NCBI GenBank assembly: GCA_964354975.1
Contig: CAYHBS010000004.1
Coordinates: 3,614-67,613 of the forward strand
DNA length: 64,000 nucleotides
Origin: an uncultured Candidatus Saccharibacteria bacterium
GTDB lineage: Bacteria > Patescibacteriota > Minisyncoccia > Ryanbacterales > HO2-45-13
Direction of reading: 5' to 3'
Of the stretch, positions 38,502 through 49,933 are shown piece by piece. Position 1 is the stretch's first letter. Every line of letters starts with the position of its first letter. The position numbers were made by a program, and so were the translations under genes. Under the pieces are notes generated by a model that saw only the letters and a program-made list of their open reading frames with translations, was not told the DNA's origin and did no database searches.

Positions 38502-39050
38502 TTATTTGCACGAAACAGCAAATTCCTTCAGACGTTCCCCCACAAGCACTGCATCCGCCTCAGAATGCACGTCATCGATTGACCCAATTAAACTCGCTTG
38601 GCACATCCAACCGGAAAATATACTTCTCGCTTCGGCAAAAGATTCCTTTTTTCTTTTGCCCGTTTGTAAATCACGACTGTTCCAAACTGCACGAACCTGT
38701 GCCGGCAAATCCGCTAGCTCCTGAATGGTATTGGGTTCGATGAGGCACTTTTCAATGTGCGTACTCGGTACTCTTCCCACCACCAGCACCCAGTCCGCTC
38801 CTGCCGCGAGTGCTCGCTCAATATCTCCGTCACTCGCGTGAATTCCCTTTGCGAGAATTGGTTTGTTGGTCATCGTGCATGCTTTTTTAATGAGATCAAA
38901 AGATCCGCCCCACCGCGGGTCGGTATGAATTGAGATCATATCTCCCACGCGATTTGCCACCGCAAAAAGTTCGTCCCATGTGTGCGCTGACCTAAATCCA
39001 AATGGAGACTGCGTTTTGACTTCAGCAATGATTTTAATTCCATGATACAT
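38502..39050 (-). CDS. Truncated indole-3-glycerol-phosphate synthase (TrpC)-like TIM barrel
   Basis: IIAEVKTQSP, ISIHTD..WGGS, PILAK, AGADWVL, NSRDL, ADAVLVGE. Confidence 0.7.
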   Translation of the reverse strand: MYHGIKIIAEVKTQSPFGFRSAHTWDELFAVANRVGDMISIHTDPRWGGSFDLIKKACTMTNKPILAKGIHASDGDIERALAAGADWVLVVGRVPSTHIEKCLIEPNTIQELADLPAQVRAVWNSRDLQTGKRKKESFAEARSIFSGWMCQASLIGSIDDVHSEADAVLVGERLKEFAVSCK

Positions 39051-39087
39051 ATGTCCATGGTACCAACGGACCGAAAGAAGTGAAAAC

Positions 39088-39261
39088 TTATCTTAAGCTC
39101 CTTTTGTGTTCTTCAATTTCTTTATCGAGCCTCTCTCGTTGCTGTTGCATTTCCTTTAACTTAGCTTCCTTCTCTTTTTTTTGCGCTTCCTGGGCTTCTC
39201 TAAGCCGCCTTTCCGCCTCGGCTACTTTTTTCGCCGAATCAGTCGATGTATCTTTTTCCAT
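39088..39261 (-). CDS. Small coiled-coil protein (57 aa)
   Basis: Manual translation MEKDTSTDSAKKVAEAERRLREAQEAQKKEKEAK... Confidence 0.5.
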   Translation of the reverse strand: MEKDTSTDSAKKVAEAERRLREAQEAQKKEKEAKLKEMQQQRERLDKEIEEHKRSLR

Positions 39262-39329
39262 ACGATATGAATTAATTATACGGATAATATTTTTGCAACC
39301 TTATATATAGTATAACAAATAGTGAACAT

Positions 39330-39363
39330 GTGAAGTGCATATCCCATGGGATATGCACTTCAC
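39330..39363. repeat. 34-bp perfect palindrome
   Basis: GTGAAGTGCATATCCCA|TGGGATATGCACTTCAC. Confidence 0.9.
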
Positions 39364-39577
39364 GCCAAAGCTACGAATTTACCAGAAACATAAATTTGTT
39401 GCGCACAACCTTTTGTTTTGGAGTAAGCCGCTCGACGAGATAGACACTTATTGGGATGACTCTATCACCCACGCTGAATGAATAATTCTCTTTTTTTGTA
39501 ATGTGTGAACGATATCTCTCGCCACACCACTTCTCCCATATACGGTTAGTGAAATAACCTATCAGTGCGATATAATA

Positions 39578-40270
39578 ATGGGTATGCGAATCCGCACTCA
39601 TCGGGTCGTGAACAAAGACTTCTTTAAAGAGTGGGCCGCTCCGATGGCATATGTGCTTGGATTTTTCATGGCGGATGGATACATGACACATAATTCCCGA
39701 GGCGCACACTTTCTCTGTATGCAAATTACTGACAGGAATCTGCTATACAAGCTCCGCGCCGCAATGCGATCCACGCACAAAGTGAGCGCGAGAACCACGC
39801 ACGACGCCGGGAAACCACTGTACCGATTACAAATCGGCAGCAAAGAAATGTGTGATGATTTGCGCAAACTCGGCATCAGAAATGGGAAAACGCACAATAT
39901 GCGCTTACCAAATGTACCACAAAAATATGTTTCGGATTTTGTTCGCGGGTACTTTGATGGAGACGGAAACGTTTGGGTTGGACTTGTCCACAAGGAGCGT
40001 CAACGATCATTACTTGCTATCAACACCGTATTCACTTCGTGCTCCGGACATTTTCTGCGCGTCCTCAAAAAAACGCTGAAAGAGTATGAAATCCACGGCC
40101 ATATGAGCAACGCAAACTCGTACTGTAGGCTCTCCTACAGCATTCATGCGTCGCTAAAGTTACACGGATTGATGTATGGAAAGTATCATGGTAATCTGTT
40201 CCTGCGCCGAAAACGAAAAGTATTTGAGCGATATGTTCGAAACCGAAATGCGGCTGTAGCTCAACGGTAG
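39578..40270 (+). CDS. Free-standing two-motif LAGLIDADG homing endonuclease
   Basis: MAYVLGFFMADG and FVRGYFDGDG, C-terminal LRRK; stop codon inside tRNA-Asp. Confidence 0.88.
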   Translation: MGMRIRTHRVVNKDFFKEWAAPMAYVLGFFMADGYMTHNSRGAHFLCMQITDRNLLYKLRAAMRSTHKVSARTTHDAGKPLYRLQIGSKEMCDDLRKLGIRNGKTHNMRLPNVPQKYVSDFVRGYFDGDGNVWVGLVHKERQRSLLAINTVFTSCSGHFLRVLKKTLKEYEIHGHMSNANSYCRLSYSIHASLKLHGLMYGKYHGNLFLRRKRKVFERYVRNRNAAVAQR

Positions 40271-40321
40271 AGCGCTCGCCTGTCACGTGAGAGGTCGTGG
40301 GGTCAGCACCCATCAGCCGCG
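40250..40321 (+). tRNA. tRNA-Asp(GTC)
   Basis: GCGGCTG/CAGCCGC acceptor stem, CT-GTC-AC loop, G73; atypical T-loop GTCAGCA. Confidence 0.88.
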
Positions 40322-40511
40322 CAGTATAAAAAAACCGCCGAAGGGCGCGTTTTTTTGTTTTGCGGTAGAGGAAGTGATCTGCATCACTTCCGTATGGGTG
40401 CTGACGGACGGAGCTGTGTATTAACACCAGTTAAAACCAGCGAGTCGGGGTAGCGAACATTTCGAGCGAGTGCGAGAAATGATTCGTGACCAGCACCCAT
40501 CAGCCGCGCCA
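40322..40511 (+). repeat. ~190-bp post-tRNA element ending in a duplicate of the tRNA-Asp 3' end
   Basis: CAGCACCCATCAGCCGCG at 40304-40321 and 40491-40508 (the latter followed by CCA); inverted ATGGGTGCTG at 40394-40403. Confidence 0.75.
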
Positions 40512-40579
40512 ATAACCCCGCTGGTAAGAAACATGCTCGCGAAAATCATTCCATGTGGCGCTGGGTGCCGCCTCGGTAA

Positions 40580-41986
40580 CTAACCCTCCTTCTCTGTGAG
40601 ACGCTCAATCTCTGCTCCCAATGCAAATAGCGTCCCTTCGTCAAACGGCTTCCCAATCAACTGCACCCCAACGGGCAGATTCCCCACCTTGCCACACGGA
40701 AGTGAGAGCGCGGGAACACCCGCCAAATTTACAGGTACCGTGTACACGTCCGAGAGATACATCGTGAGCGGATCGCTTGTTTTTTCTCCAAATTTGAATG
40801 GCAATGTTGGAGATGTTGGAGTGAGTATTACGTCCACCGATTCAAATGCTGTAGTAAAATCTTGTGCGATCAATGTACGCACTTTTTGTGCGCGGCCATA
40901 AAACTCATCGTAGTACCCGCTCGACAGTACGTGAGTGCCAAGAATAATACGGCGTCGCGCTTCTTTTCCAAATCCATTCGAGCGCGACTTCAGATAATCC
41001 CCTGCGAGTGTACCTGTAGATTCAAAATATCCGTACCGGAGTCCATCAAATCGCGCGAGATTTGATGATACTTCTGCAGGCATAATAATGTAATACACTG
41101 CAAGCGCGTGCGGGGAATGTGGCAGTGAAATATCTTGTATAATTGCCCCATTCTTCTCGAGTAAATCGATGGTGTTCTGAATAATTTTTTTAATTTCTGG
41201 ATCGAGCCCATCTGCAAAATATTCTTTTGGCACTCCAACTGTCCATCCCACAGTTTTTGTCGGCCGCTCGCGCGGAACTACCGACGTTGCATCTTTTGGA
41301 TCTTTCCCGCGGATGACGTTAAATAATGTTTCTGCGTCTGCAACTGAAGTTGCGAGTGGCCCAATTTGATCAAGCGAAGACGCCATCGCAATAAGTCCCG
41401 ATCGCGACACGCTACCATATGTGGGCTTAAGTCCCACAACCCCACAAAATGCGGCGGGCTGGCGGATAGATCCACCTGTGTCTGATCCGAGTGCAACCGG
41501 TACCATATCTGCCGCAACCGCCGCGGCAGAGCCCCCAGATGAACCTCCTGGTACGCGACTGGTATCTATCGGATTTTTTGTTGGACCATATGCGGAATTC
41601 TCCGTGGAGCTGCCCATCGCAAACTCGTCCATATTGGTTTTGCCAATGAGCACCGCCCCTGCCGCGCGCAATTTTTTCACCACAAACGCGTCGTACGCCG
41701 CAATGTGATTCGCAAGCATTTTTGATCCCGCCGTGGTCACGGTTCCGGCAATACACATGTTATCCTTTATTGCGATGGGTACACCTGCAAGCGGCAATTG
41801 TTCCTCTCCTTTCCGCACACGTTCATCCACCGCCGCGGCTTCTGCGAGCGCATGTTCGGGATTTACTAACAAGAACGCATGAAGTTCCTTGTCGCGCTCG
41901 GCGATGCGATTTAGATACTCTTGAGCCACATCAACAGCCGAGCGGACCCCACCCGACACCGAAGTAACAATATCAGTGATATGCAT
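40580..41986 (-). CDS. gatA: Asp/Glu-tRNA amidotransferase subunit A
   Basis: GVPIAIKD, GKTNMDEFAMGSSTE, PGGSSGGSA, GSDTGGSIRQPA. Confidence 0.97.
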   Translation of the reverse strand: MHITDIVTSVSGGVRSAVDVAQEYLNRIAERDKELHAFLLVNPEHALAEAAAVDERVRKGEEQLPLAGVPIAIKDNMCIAGTVTTAGSKMLANHIAAYDAFVVKKLRAAGAVLIGKTNMDEFAMGSSTENSAYGPTKNPIDTSRVPGGSSGGSAAAVAADMVPVALGSDTGGSIRQPAAFCGVVGLKPTYGSVSRSGLIAMASSLDQIGPLATSVADAETLFNVIRGKDPKDATSVVPRERPTKTVGWTVGVPKEYFADGLDPEIKKIIQNTIDLLEKNGAIIQDISLPHSPHALAVYYIIMPAEVSSNLARFDGLRYGYFESTGTLAGDYLKSRSNGFGKEARRRIILGTHVLSSGYYDEFYGRAQKVRTLIAQDFTTAFESVDVILTPTSPTLPFKFGEKTSDPLTMYLSDVYTVPVNLAGVPALSLPCGKVGNLPVGVQLIGKPFDEGTLFALGAEIERLTEKEG

Positions 41987-41993
41987 TCGTTTC

Positions 41994-42290
41994 TCAAACA
42001 TTTCCAAATACGTTCGGTACTTGTAACTGGTCGTCTTTTGCTTTGGCAAGTTGCGACATCATGCGATTACGCTCGGCCTCGTCAGTAGGAATTGCAACGT
42101 CGTCGCGTATCACATTTTCGAGAAGCTCTGCGTGCGTCATTGGTGTCACTTCTGCAACATCAAGCGTATTCAGTGACTCTGCATAATTCAAAATACTCCC
42201 CGCTTCCCGAGCGAGCGTTTCTACTTCTGCGTCTGTCACTTCGAGTCTCGCAAGAGAGGCGAGTTTTTTGATGGTGTCCTTGGAAATCAT
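41994..42290 (-). CDS. gatC: Asp/Glu-tRNA amidotransferase subunit C
   Basis: IKKLASLARL...LD...V.P..H...RDD...VP; upstream of gatA. Confidence 0.92.
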   Translation of the reverse strand: MISKDTIKKLASLARLEVTDAEVETLAREAGSILNYAESLNTLDVAEVTPMTHAELLENVIRDDVAIPTDEAERNRMMSQLAKAKDDQLQVPNVFGNV

Positions 42291-42305
42291 GCGTCGTATC
42301 CTACG

Positions 42306-44369
<2,064 letters not shown>

Positions 44370-44948
44370 TTAATTGCAGTTTGATGGCAAGCGCTCAATG
44401 AACGTGAACTCAAGCGCTCGCTCTATGACGCGATCCGCCACCCCGCATGACGCTCCCGCGCGCACCCTTCCCCGCGAAAGAATGGAAGTCTGCAGTTGTT
44501 TTGGAGATCCATTAATACAGGACTTGGTCACGGTAACTGCCGCGCAGTCTGGACTCGTATTATTCAATATAAAATTGGATGTATATGCTCTGGGGGCTCC
44601 GCCACCGGTGAGTAGTATCGTAGAAAAGGTGATAGTCTGTCCGCCACAGGATATTTCTTTTGCGCCCGTTGTACGAGAGAACGCGCGATAAGAATCATTT
44701 GCGGAATTGTTAATTTGCTCTCGCGCTTCACCCCAATACCGTGCGCACTCAAGCCCAAAATTTGCCATATAAAAAGCGCGGATGGAGTCGGACTCTTGCC
44801 CCGAGAGCTTATACTCGGAAAATAGCAGTGTAAAAATACCGGTTGCAAGACTAAAACTCATGGTCATCACGAGAAATGCGATCAGCAACGTCACACCGGA
44901 CGTGCGCGTCGGAAACGATACAGAATGTTGATAAGATAGGTGCATCAT
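44370..44948 (-). CDS. PilX-like minor pilin
   Basis: G|VTLLIAFLV lacking E5; AFYMANFGLECA. Confidence 0.75.
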   Translation of the reverse strand: MMHLSYQHSVSFPTRTSGVTLLIAFLVMTMSFSLATGIFTLLFSEYKLSGQESDSIRAFYMANFGLECARYWGEAREQINNSANDSYRAFSRTTGAKEISCGGQTITFSTILLTGGGAPRAYTSNFILNNTSPDCAAVTVTKSCINGSPKQLQTSILSRGRVRAGASCGVADRVIERALEFTFIERLPSNCN

Positions 44949-44949
44949 A

Positions 44950-45513
44950 TTACGGCTGTAATTTTCTCGGTGTCACTGATGTTTGTAAAAATATGTTGGT
45001 TTCGATATTTGCCCTGCTGCGCCCCGCGGTACCTTGCACTGCAATAGTGACAAAAGATTGCCTGCGCGTTGTTGGTTCCGAGGTTTCATCGGCGAGAAAG
45101 AAGGAGAGTTGGTCAATCGGCACATTCGCATCCGTAATGGCCCCCCAACCTTCACTGCCTATTTTTCGCTCGATTGCTTTCTTTGCCGTAGTAAGTCTGA
45201 TTCGTACAGTTTCGTCTTTGGAATTTTGATACTGAAAATACTGACAGGGAATTGTGGTAGTGTCTATCGCTAAAAAGTCGGAATTCATGCAATTATAATT
45301 GGTGCCTGTGCGCATATCTTTTGCAATCGCCTCAACGGCAAAGCGCACGTTATCAAACGCACTCTGAAGGGCCGCCGCTTTGCGCTGCGCATTAGTGAGC
45401 GTGAGGAGCGACCCAATCGCTACCGTTGCGACAAGTGAAAAAATTCCTACGGACACAATCAGTTCAATAAGGGAAAACCCTTTATTCGCCGGACGGAAGG
45501 TGTGAGTGATCAT
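44950..45513 (-). CDS. Minor type IV pilin (PilW-like)
   Basis: KG|FSLIELIVSVGIF. Confidence 0.85.
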   Translation of the reverse strand: MITHTFRPANKGFSLIELIVSVGIFSLVATVAIGSLLTLTNAQRKAAALQSAFDNVRFAVEAIAKDMRTGTNYNCMNSDFLAIDTTTIPCQYFQYQNSKDETVRIRLTTAKKAIERKIGSEGWGAITDANVPIDQLSFFLADETSEPTTRRQSFVTIAVQGTAGRSRANIETNIFLQTSVTPRKLQP

Positions 45514-45514
45514 A

Positions 45515-46261
45515 TTATGGCGTTTGCAATGAATTGGGCAGCCAGTTAAACATGCGCGTCGACACTACGTGCTGTAAATCATTTCCGTTTCTATCTTCCC
45601 AAAATACCGTCGCGGTCACAATAATCTCCTGCACACTGTTATCATCTCCCCCGCAAAATGCACTTTCCGTCACGGTGACGTATCTCCTAAATATTGTTTG
45701 TGTCGAACTCCCGGGAGGGGTGCTCGCCTGGATAAATATCTTTTTTCCTCCCGTAAGCGTTTGTTCATACACGATTTGATTTGAATCCCCCGCAGCGGTA
45801 TTTGCAAGTCGAGTGCTCGTCGTTTTTGATCCCGTGGGAATAGTCACAATAAATTGTTTGCTTCCTGCACCAGGGCACGAGGGATCGTCTACTAAATCTA
45901 TTGTGGGCGACGTGTCACTGACCCACGTTCCATTACGGAGCGACGTGTCAGAGTGCAGTAGGCGCAAGAAATTACTATCACGTTCAGATTGCACCGCTTC
46001 CATGGCTTCCTGGGCAAGCATTGACGCGGTGAGGCGATTTCTGGTATATGACGCGGTTGCAATACTCGTCGAAGCAAGCCCCATGGCACTCGTCACTCCG
46101 ATGAGTAAAATCGAAATAGACACCATGGACTCCACCAAGGTAAACCCTCGCGCGCAGTGTTTTTGATGAAATGGTATTTTTTCCGCACGTGCCATCTCTA
46201 CCTCGCGGAGTAATTGCGTTGCGAAACATTGTTTGTGTTGTGTGGAAACGCTACGCAACAT
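45515..46261 (-). CDS. Minor type IV pilin (PilV-like)
   Basis: RG|FTLVESMVSISIL...LAQEAME; start uncertain. Confidence 0.85.
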   Translation of the reverse strand: MLRSVSTQHKQCFATQLLREVEMARAEKIPFHQKHCARGFTLVESMVSISILLIGVTSAMGLASTSIATASYTRNRLTASMLAQEAMEAVQSERDSNFLRLLHSDTSLRNGTWVSDTSPTIDLVDDPSCPGAGSKQFIVTIPTGSKTTSTRLANTAAGDSNQIVYEQTLTGGKKIFIQASTPPGSSTQTIFRRYVTVTESAFCGGDDNSVQEIIVTATVFWEDRNGNDLQHVVSTRMFNWLPNSLQTP

Positions 46262-46263
46262 AC

Positions 46264-47016
46264 TTAATTACAGGCCTGGTAGGCGCCTGCCGTGTTCATA
46301 AGACTAATCTGCCCTGTTTTCCATATATCAATTTTTCGCACCAAATTTGATCCGTCTGTAGTAGTGAGACATATCCAGACATGATTTGTCGCGCCGGGCG
46401 CGTCGGGAATGGGACCCCCGTTATCATAGGTGAAATATACAGTGGGATCCGGACGATGATAGATAACGTGGAGCACCCTATTTGATCCGGGATTAATGTC
46501 TGCTCCATTTGGCGTACCGTCGTCGTAGCGAATTGCGGAGATCACCACGCGGGGATTTAATTTCCATTCTTGATAGTAATCGGTTGACTGTTCATTATAG
46601 GTATTCCCAAATCCCGTTTGGTCATATTTGAGATTCCCCGCGCTTAACGAATCGGTTGCGTTACTTGCAGGAAGATCAGGAAATAGAATAACTTGATTGT
46701 TTGCGGCAAGATCAAAACGTGCGCCTACCGCAGGATAAAAATCGCAATTACTGACACAAGACAGTCGCTTCACTGCACTGACACTAATACCTTGTTGTTG
46801 CACTTCTCGCAGTAGGAGCGTTAACTCCTGCGCCGTTTGATTGAGCGCGGTGTGACTACGAGATTTTGTAATGCTCTCCACCGTAATTCCGGAAAGAATG
46901 ACTACAATCCCGAGCGCAATAATCATCTCAAGAAGGGTAAATCCACGCGTTGCTGTGGCGAGCACCGGTAAGCGATCGCGGACATGCATGCGCATACGCG
47001 CTCTTTCTTTATTCAT
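46264..47016 (-). CDS. Minor type IV pilin (FimU/GspH-like)
   Basis: RG|FTLLEMIIALGIV. Confidence 0.85.
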   Translation of the reverse strand: MNKERARMRMHVRDRLPVLATATRGFTLLEMIIALGIVVILSGITVESITKSRSHTALNQTAQELTLLLREVQQQGISVSAVKRLSCVSNCDFYPAVGARFDLAANNQVILFPDLPASNATDSLSAGNLKYDQTGFGNTYNEQSTDYYQEWKLNPRVVISAIRYDDGTPNGADINPGSNRVLHVIYHRPDPTVYFTYDNGGPIPDAPGATNHVWICLTTTDGSNLVRKIDIWKTGQISLMNTAGAYQACN

Positions 47017-47464
47017 ATTTCAGCATCAGTACATCGCCAGACGCGACGAACACATGCTCAAGCGATGATACCCTGGCACCATTAATATACAGCGTCCACC
47101 GTTTCCCGTCCTCTTCATTGGCAACGTCGCCAAGTGCGATGGGTAAAAATTTTTCACCGACTTGTACCCGATATTCATGTGTTGCGGCGGCCAAATAGAC
47201 GATATCGCGCGCGTCAAGCGGAGCGCTAATGTCGCGCTCTTCTTCAATATTCGTTCCATTCCCAAAATCAATAGTTACTTTGACCATGCCCAGTACAGCG
47301 GTCTCGTCGTTACTGCCTTTAGGCGACTCGGCGTCCGACGCAGATACGGCGGCACCACCCGAAGCATCATTTCCTCGCAAGGCAGAATTAAAAAAGGCAA
47401 CGCCTGCGACAGCAATGAGTAGCGTGGTAATTCCCGCTAAAATATATTCCCCTTTTTGATTCAT
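47009..47464 (-). CDS. Membrane-anchored DUF4430-like protein
   Basis: TM helix, VTIDFGNG, WTLYING...V..GD...Y. Confidence 0.65.
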   Translation of the reverse strand: MNQKGEYILAGITTLLIAVAGVAFFNSALRGNDASGGAAVSASDAESPKGSNDETAVLGMVKVTIDFGNGTNIEEERDISAPLDARDIVYLAAATHEYRVQVGEKFLPIALGDVANEEDGKRWTLYINGARVSSLEHVFVASGDVLMLKYE

Positions 47465-48327
47465 GTGAGGAGCGTCACTACGGTTGTAGTATACCACTCA
47501 ACGAGTTCGTACCCAAAAGCAAATGCAATGACGGTGCCTGCAAAGAGAAACGGGCCAAATGGAATCTGCGTTTTGCGGTTGTATGCACCTACAAGCAAAA
47601 AGACGATTCCCCAGATGGCGCCGATCCAAAACGCGAGGAGCAAGGAAACCAATGTCAGGAGTGGTCCGGAAAATAATGCGATGCCAAATACGAGCTTCGC
47701 GTCTCCAAGGCCCATCCATGTTCCTTTTGATATCGCCCAGAGCGCCCAGAAAAGTCCCGCCGCAAGCACCGCTACAGAAAACGTGAGTGACGGCTCCAGT
47801 CTCACAATGTTGGATAGGTCATGTACTACGAATGCATAAATTCCCCCCGAGATAGCGAGAATAAGATTCAGTGTGTCGGGAATTATCTTGTGGCGAATAT
47901 CATATACAGAGAGCACTACTCCCACCGCCATCACGACGAGCGCTGATACTACTGCAACAAACACAGGGATCATGTCGCCGAGTGTAAATAGCCGCGCACC
48001 CTCTCCCACCGAGTCCAAATTGTCCGTAATAAATTGCATGAGGCCGCTTTTCCACGCAACTAATACAAATAGCGCTCCCGTAAGCAATTCCACAACTGGA
48101 TATTGCCAAGAAAATTTTGAACCGCAGTGCCGGCATCTACCGCGCAGATATAAAAAGCTGACTACCGGTATCAAATCAATCGCCGTGAGTCGCGCGCCAC
48201 ATGACAAGCATTTCGACTCCCCCCGTACAATCGATTCACTGGTGCGCAGACGCAGAGAAACAACATTGAGGAAACTCCCAATACCAACTCCTATCACAAA
48301 AACTAATAATATAATCAGATACTGCAC
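47461..48327 (-). CDS. pilD: Prepilin peptidase
   Basis: GSFLNVV, two CxxC, YDIRHKIIP, MGLGDAKL, IPFGPFL. Confidence 0.95.
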   Translation of the reverse strand: MQYLIILLVFVIGVGIGSFLNVVSLRLRTSESIVRGESKCLSCGARLTAIDLIPVVSFLYLRGRCRHCGSKFSWQYPVVELLTGALFVLVAWKSGLMQFITDNLDSVGEGARLFTLGDMIPVFVAVVSALVVMAVGVVLSVYDIRHKIIPDTLNLILAISGGIYAFVVHDLSNIVRLEPSLTFSVAVLAAGLFWALWAISKGTWMGLGDAKLVFGIALFSGPLLTLVSLLLAFWIGAIWGIVFLLVGAYNRKTQIPFGPFLFAGTVIAFAFGYELVEWYTTTVVTLLT

Positions 48328-48450
48328 TACGTTATAGTATAAACTACTAACTAGGTTGAGGTGTGCGCAACTTAGATTAGGGCGATTAAAAGCAAAAAAT
48401 GATACCCTCCCGCACTCCGTATGCTGCACGCGGGAGTGGCCGGGCATCAA

Positions 48451-48485
48451 AACACAAACGCCGCCAGTAGGGCGGCGTTTGTGTT
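48451..48485 (-). terminator. Intrinsic terminator after the major pilin
   Basis: AACACAAACGCCGCC-AGTAG-GGCGGCGTTTGTGTT. Confidence 0.75.
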
Positions 48486-48496
48486 AATATCTCAAA

Positions 48497-48955
48497 TTAG
48501 TTGCACGATACGTCGCTCGCCCCCAACTCAGTTGCTGTCACCTTTGCGGCTCCAGTTCCATCAATACAAAACACTGATGCGGGAACCGTTTTTAATGGAA
48601 CCTCGATCGCATAACCAGCAGCGGCATTCTCATGACAAGTCGCTTGTCCATCGGCACCAGCAAGTGTAAGAGTTGATACCGTTCCACCAGAAACCCCCGC
48701 TTGAACTTTCGAAGCGTCGATTGCAGCAGTAACTGCTGGATCGGCACAAAGTCCGGCATATGATTGAGGGGTGTCATAAAACAACTCGGCTGTCGCACGA
48801 AGACCCGATAAGTTTGCCTTAATTGCCGCGTCATTTGCTTTTGAACGCGCAGTTTGAAGTGAAGCGAGCACCACTCCTGCCAGTATTCCAATGATGGCGA
48901 TCACGACGAGGAGTTCAATAAGGGTAAAACCTTTTTCTGAACGATTTTTAAACAT
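48497..48955 (-). CDS. Major type IV pilin
   Basis: KG|[18 protein letters not shown]-terminal FCID...C; own promoter region and terminator. Confidence 0.92.
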   Translation of the reverse strand: MFKNRSEKGFTLIELLVVIAIIGILAGVVLASLQTARSKANDAAIKANLSGLRATAELFYDTPQSYAGLCADPAVTAAIDASKVQAGVSGGTVSTLTLAGADGQATCHENAAAGYAIEVPLKTVPASVFCIDGTGAAKVTATELGASDVSCN

Positions 48956-49141
48956 ATTTTTGTAATTGATAATGATAAACCACCTAATAATATAAATAGA
49001 GTTTGTTATATATTGCTCGACCAGTTAGCTTTGTGCCCCTTTATTATACTTCCTTACGAAATAAGGAAAAAATGGGGTGTGGACAACGCCGGCCCCGCAT
49101 GTGGGGGCGAAATGGCTAATATCTCATTGACCTAATGCCTA

Positions 49142-49330
49142 AAATCATTAAATCACAAGAACATTAAATCATGAGATTACGAGAACATGAAAACACGAGA
49201 ACATGAAAACACGAGAACATGAAAACACGAGAACATGAAAACACGAGAACATTAATTCATAAAATCACAAGAACAGTACATCACGAGATCATGAAAACAT
49301 TAAATCATGAAAACACGAGATCATAGAAAC
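49142..49330. repeat. Degenerate octamer tandem array with a perfect 16-bp core repeat
   Basis: ACGAGAACATGAAAAC x4.6 (49179-49252) inside about 23 octamers of type A(A/G)A(A/T)CA(T/C)N. Confidence 0.9.
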
Positions 49331-49370
49331 AGGTTCGGCCTGCTACCAGCGGTAAGCCATGTGTATCAGT

Positions 49371-49616
49371 CTACCTTAGTTTTTTGTAGGTATTATCGCC
49401 GCGGCGCTCGATGGCAAAAACAAATATGCCACGCGCGTCAATACGAACAATAATGCGAATATCACCAACTCGCACACGATACATGTGCCCACGCGCAGTA
49501 AGTCTTTTTATATCTAGCCCCTCAATATCCCCGACAAAGAGCAATTCCAGTGCCTTCGCCACACGAGCGCGCTCGGCAACGCTCAACTTTCTTAAATACT
49601 TCTCTATTTTATCCAT
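49371..49616 (-). CDS. RelE/ParE-family toxin
   Basis: LDIKRL...YRVRVGDIRII...IERR. Confidence 0.85.
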   Translation of the reverse strand: MDKIEKYLRKLSVAERARVAKALELLFVGDIEGLDIKRLTARGHMYRVRVGDIRIIVRIDARGIFVFAIERRGDNTYKKLR

Positions 49617-49851
49617 TCAGCTTTTTGAGCACAGAAATGACTTTTTTTGCAGAAACCCCACCATCAGAAATTTTCCCAAAATCAGCAACTGTTTCCCATG
49701 CGCCCTCATCTCCCCATGGATCTACGGGAGAGAGTTTAAAAAGCGGACGAGAACGGCGCATCACAATAAATTGCTCCCCTTTCGCAACACGCGATGAATA
49801 TTTTTCTACATTTTCCCTCAATTCCTTTAGTCCAATGATGTTTGTTTTCAT
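49609..49851 (-). CDS. Phd/YefM-family antitoxin
   Basis: IIGLKELRENVEKY...V.KGEQFIVMRRSRPLFKL; overlaps the toxin by 8 nt. Confidence 0.85.
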   Translation of the reverse strand: MKTNIIGLKELRENVEKYSSRVAKGEQFIVMRRSRPLFKLSPVDPWGDEGAWETVADFGKISDGGVSAKKVISVLKKLNG

Positions 49852-49886
49852 ATCTTAAGATTATCTTAAGATAATCTTTGTGTCAA
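49852..49886 (-). promoter_or_regulatory. TA promoter with palindromic operator
   Basis: TTGACA-17 nt-TAATCT overlapping the 22-bp palindrome AAGATTATCTTAAGATAATCTT (49857-49878). Confidence 0.7.
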
Positions 49887-49933
49887 CCGTGCTTATGATC
49901 TTGTGATTTCATGTTTTTATGAGTAGCTGTTCG

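Noticed and set aside
40491-40511. Second tRNA-Asp gene
   Set aside because: Only the 3' 18 nt plus CCA are present; there is no D-arm or anticodon arm.
49142-49330. Possible CRISPR array
   Set aside because: Units are contiguous 8/16-mers with no unique spacers, and there are no cas genes in the window.
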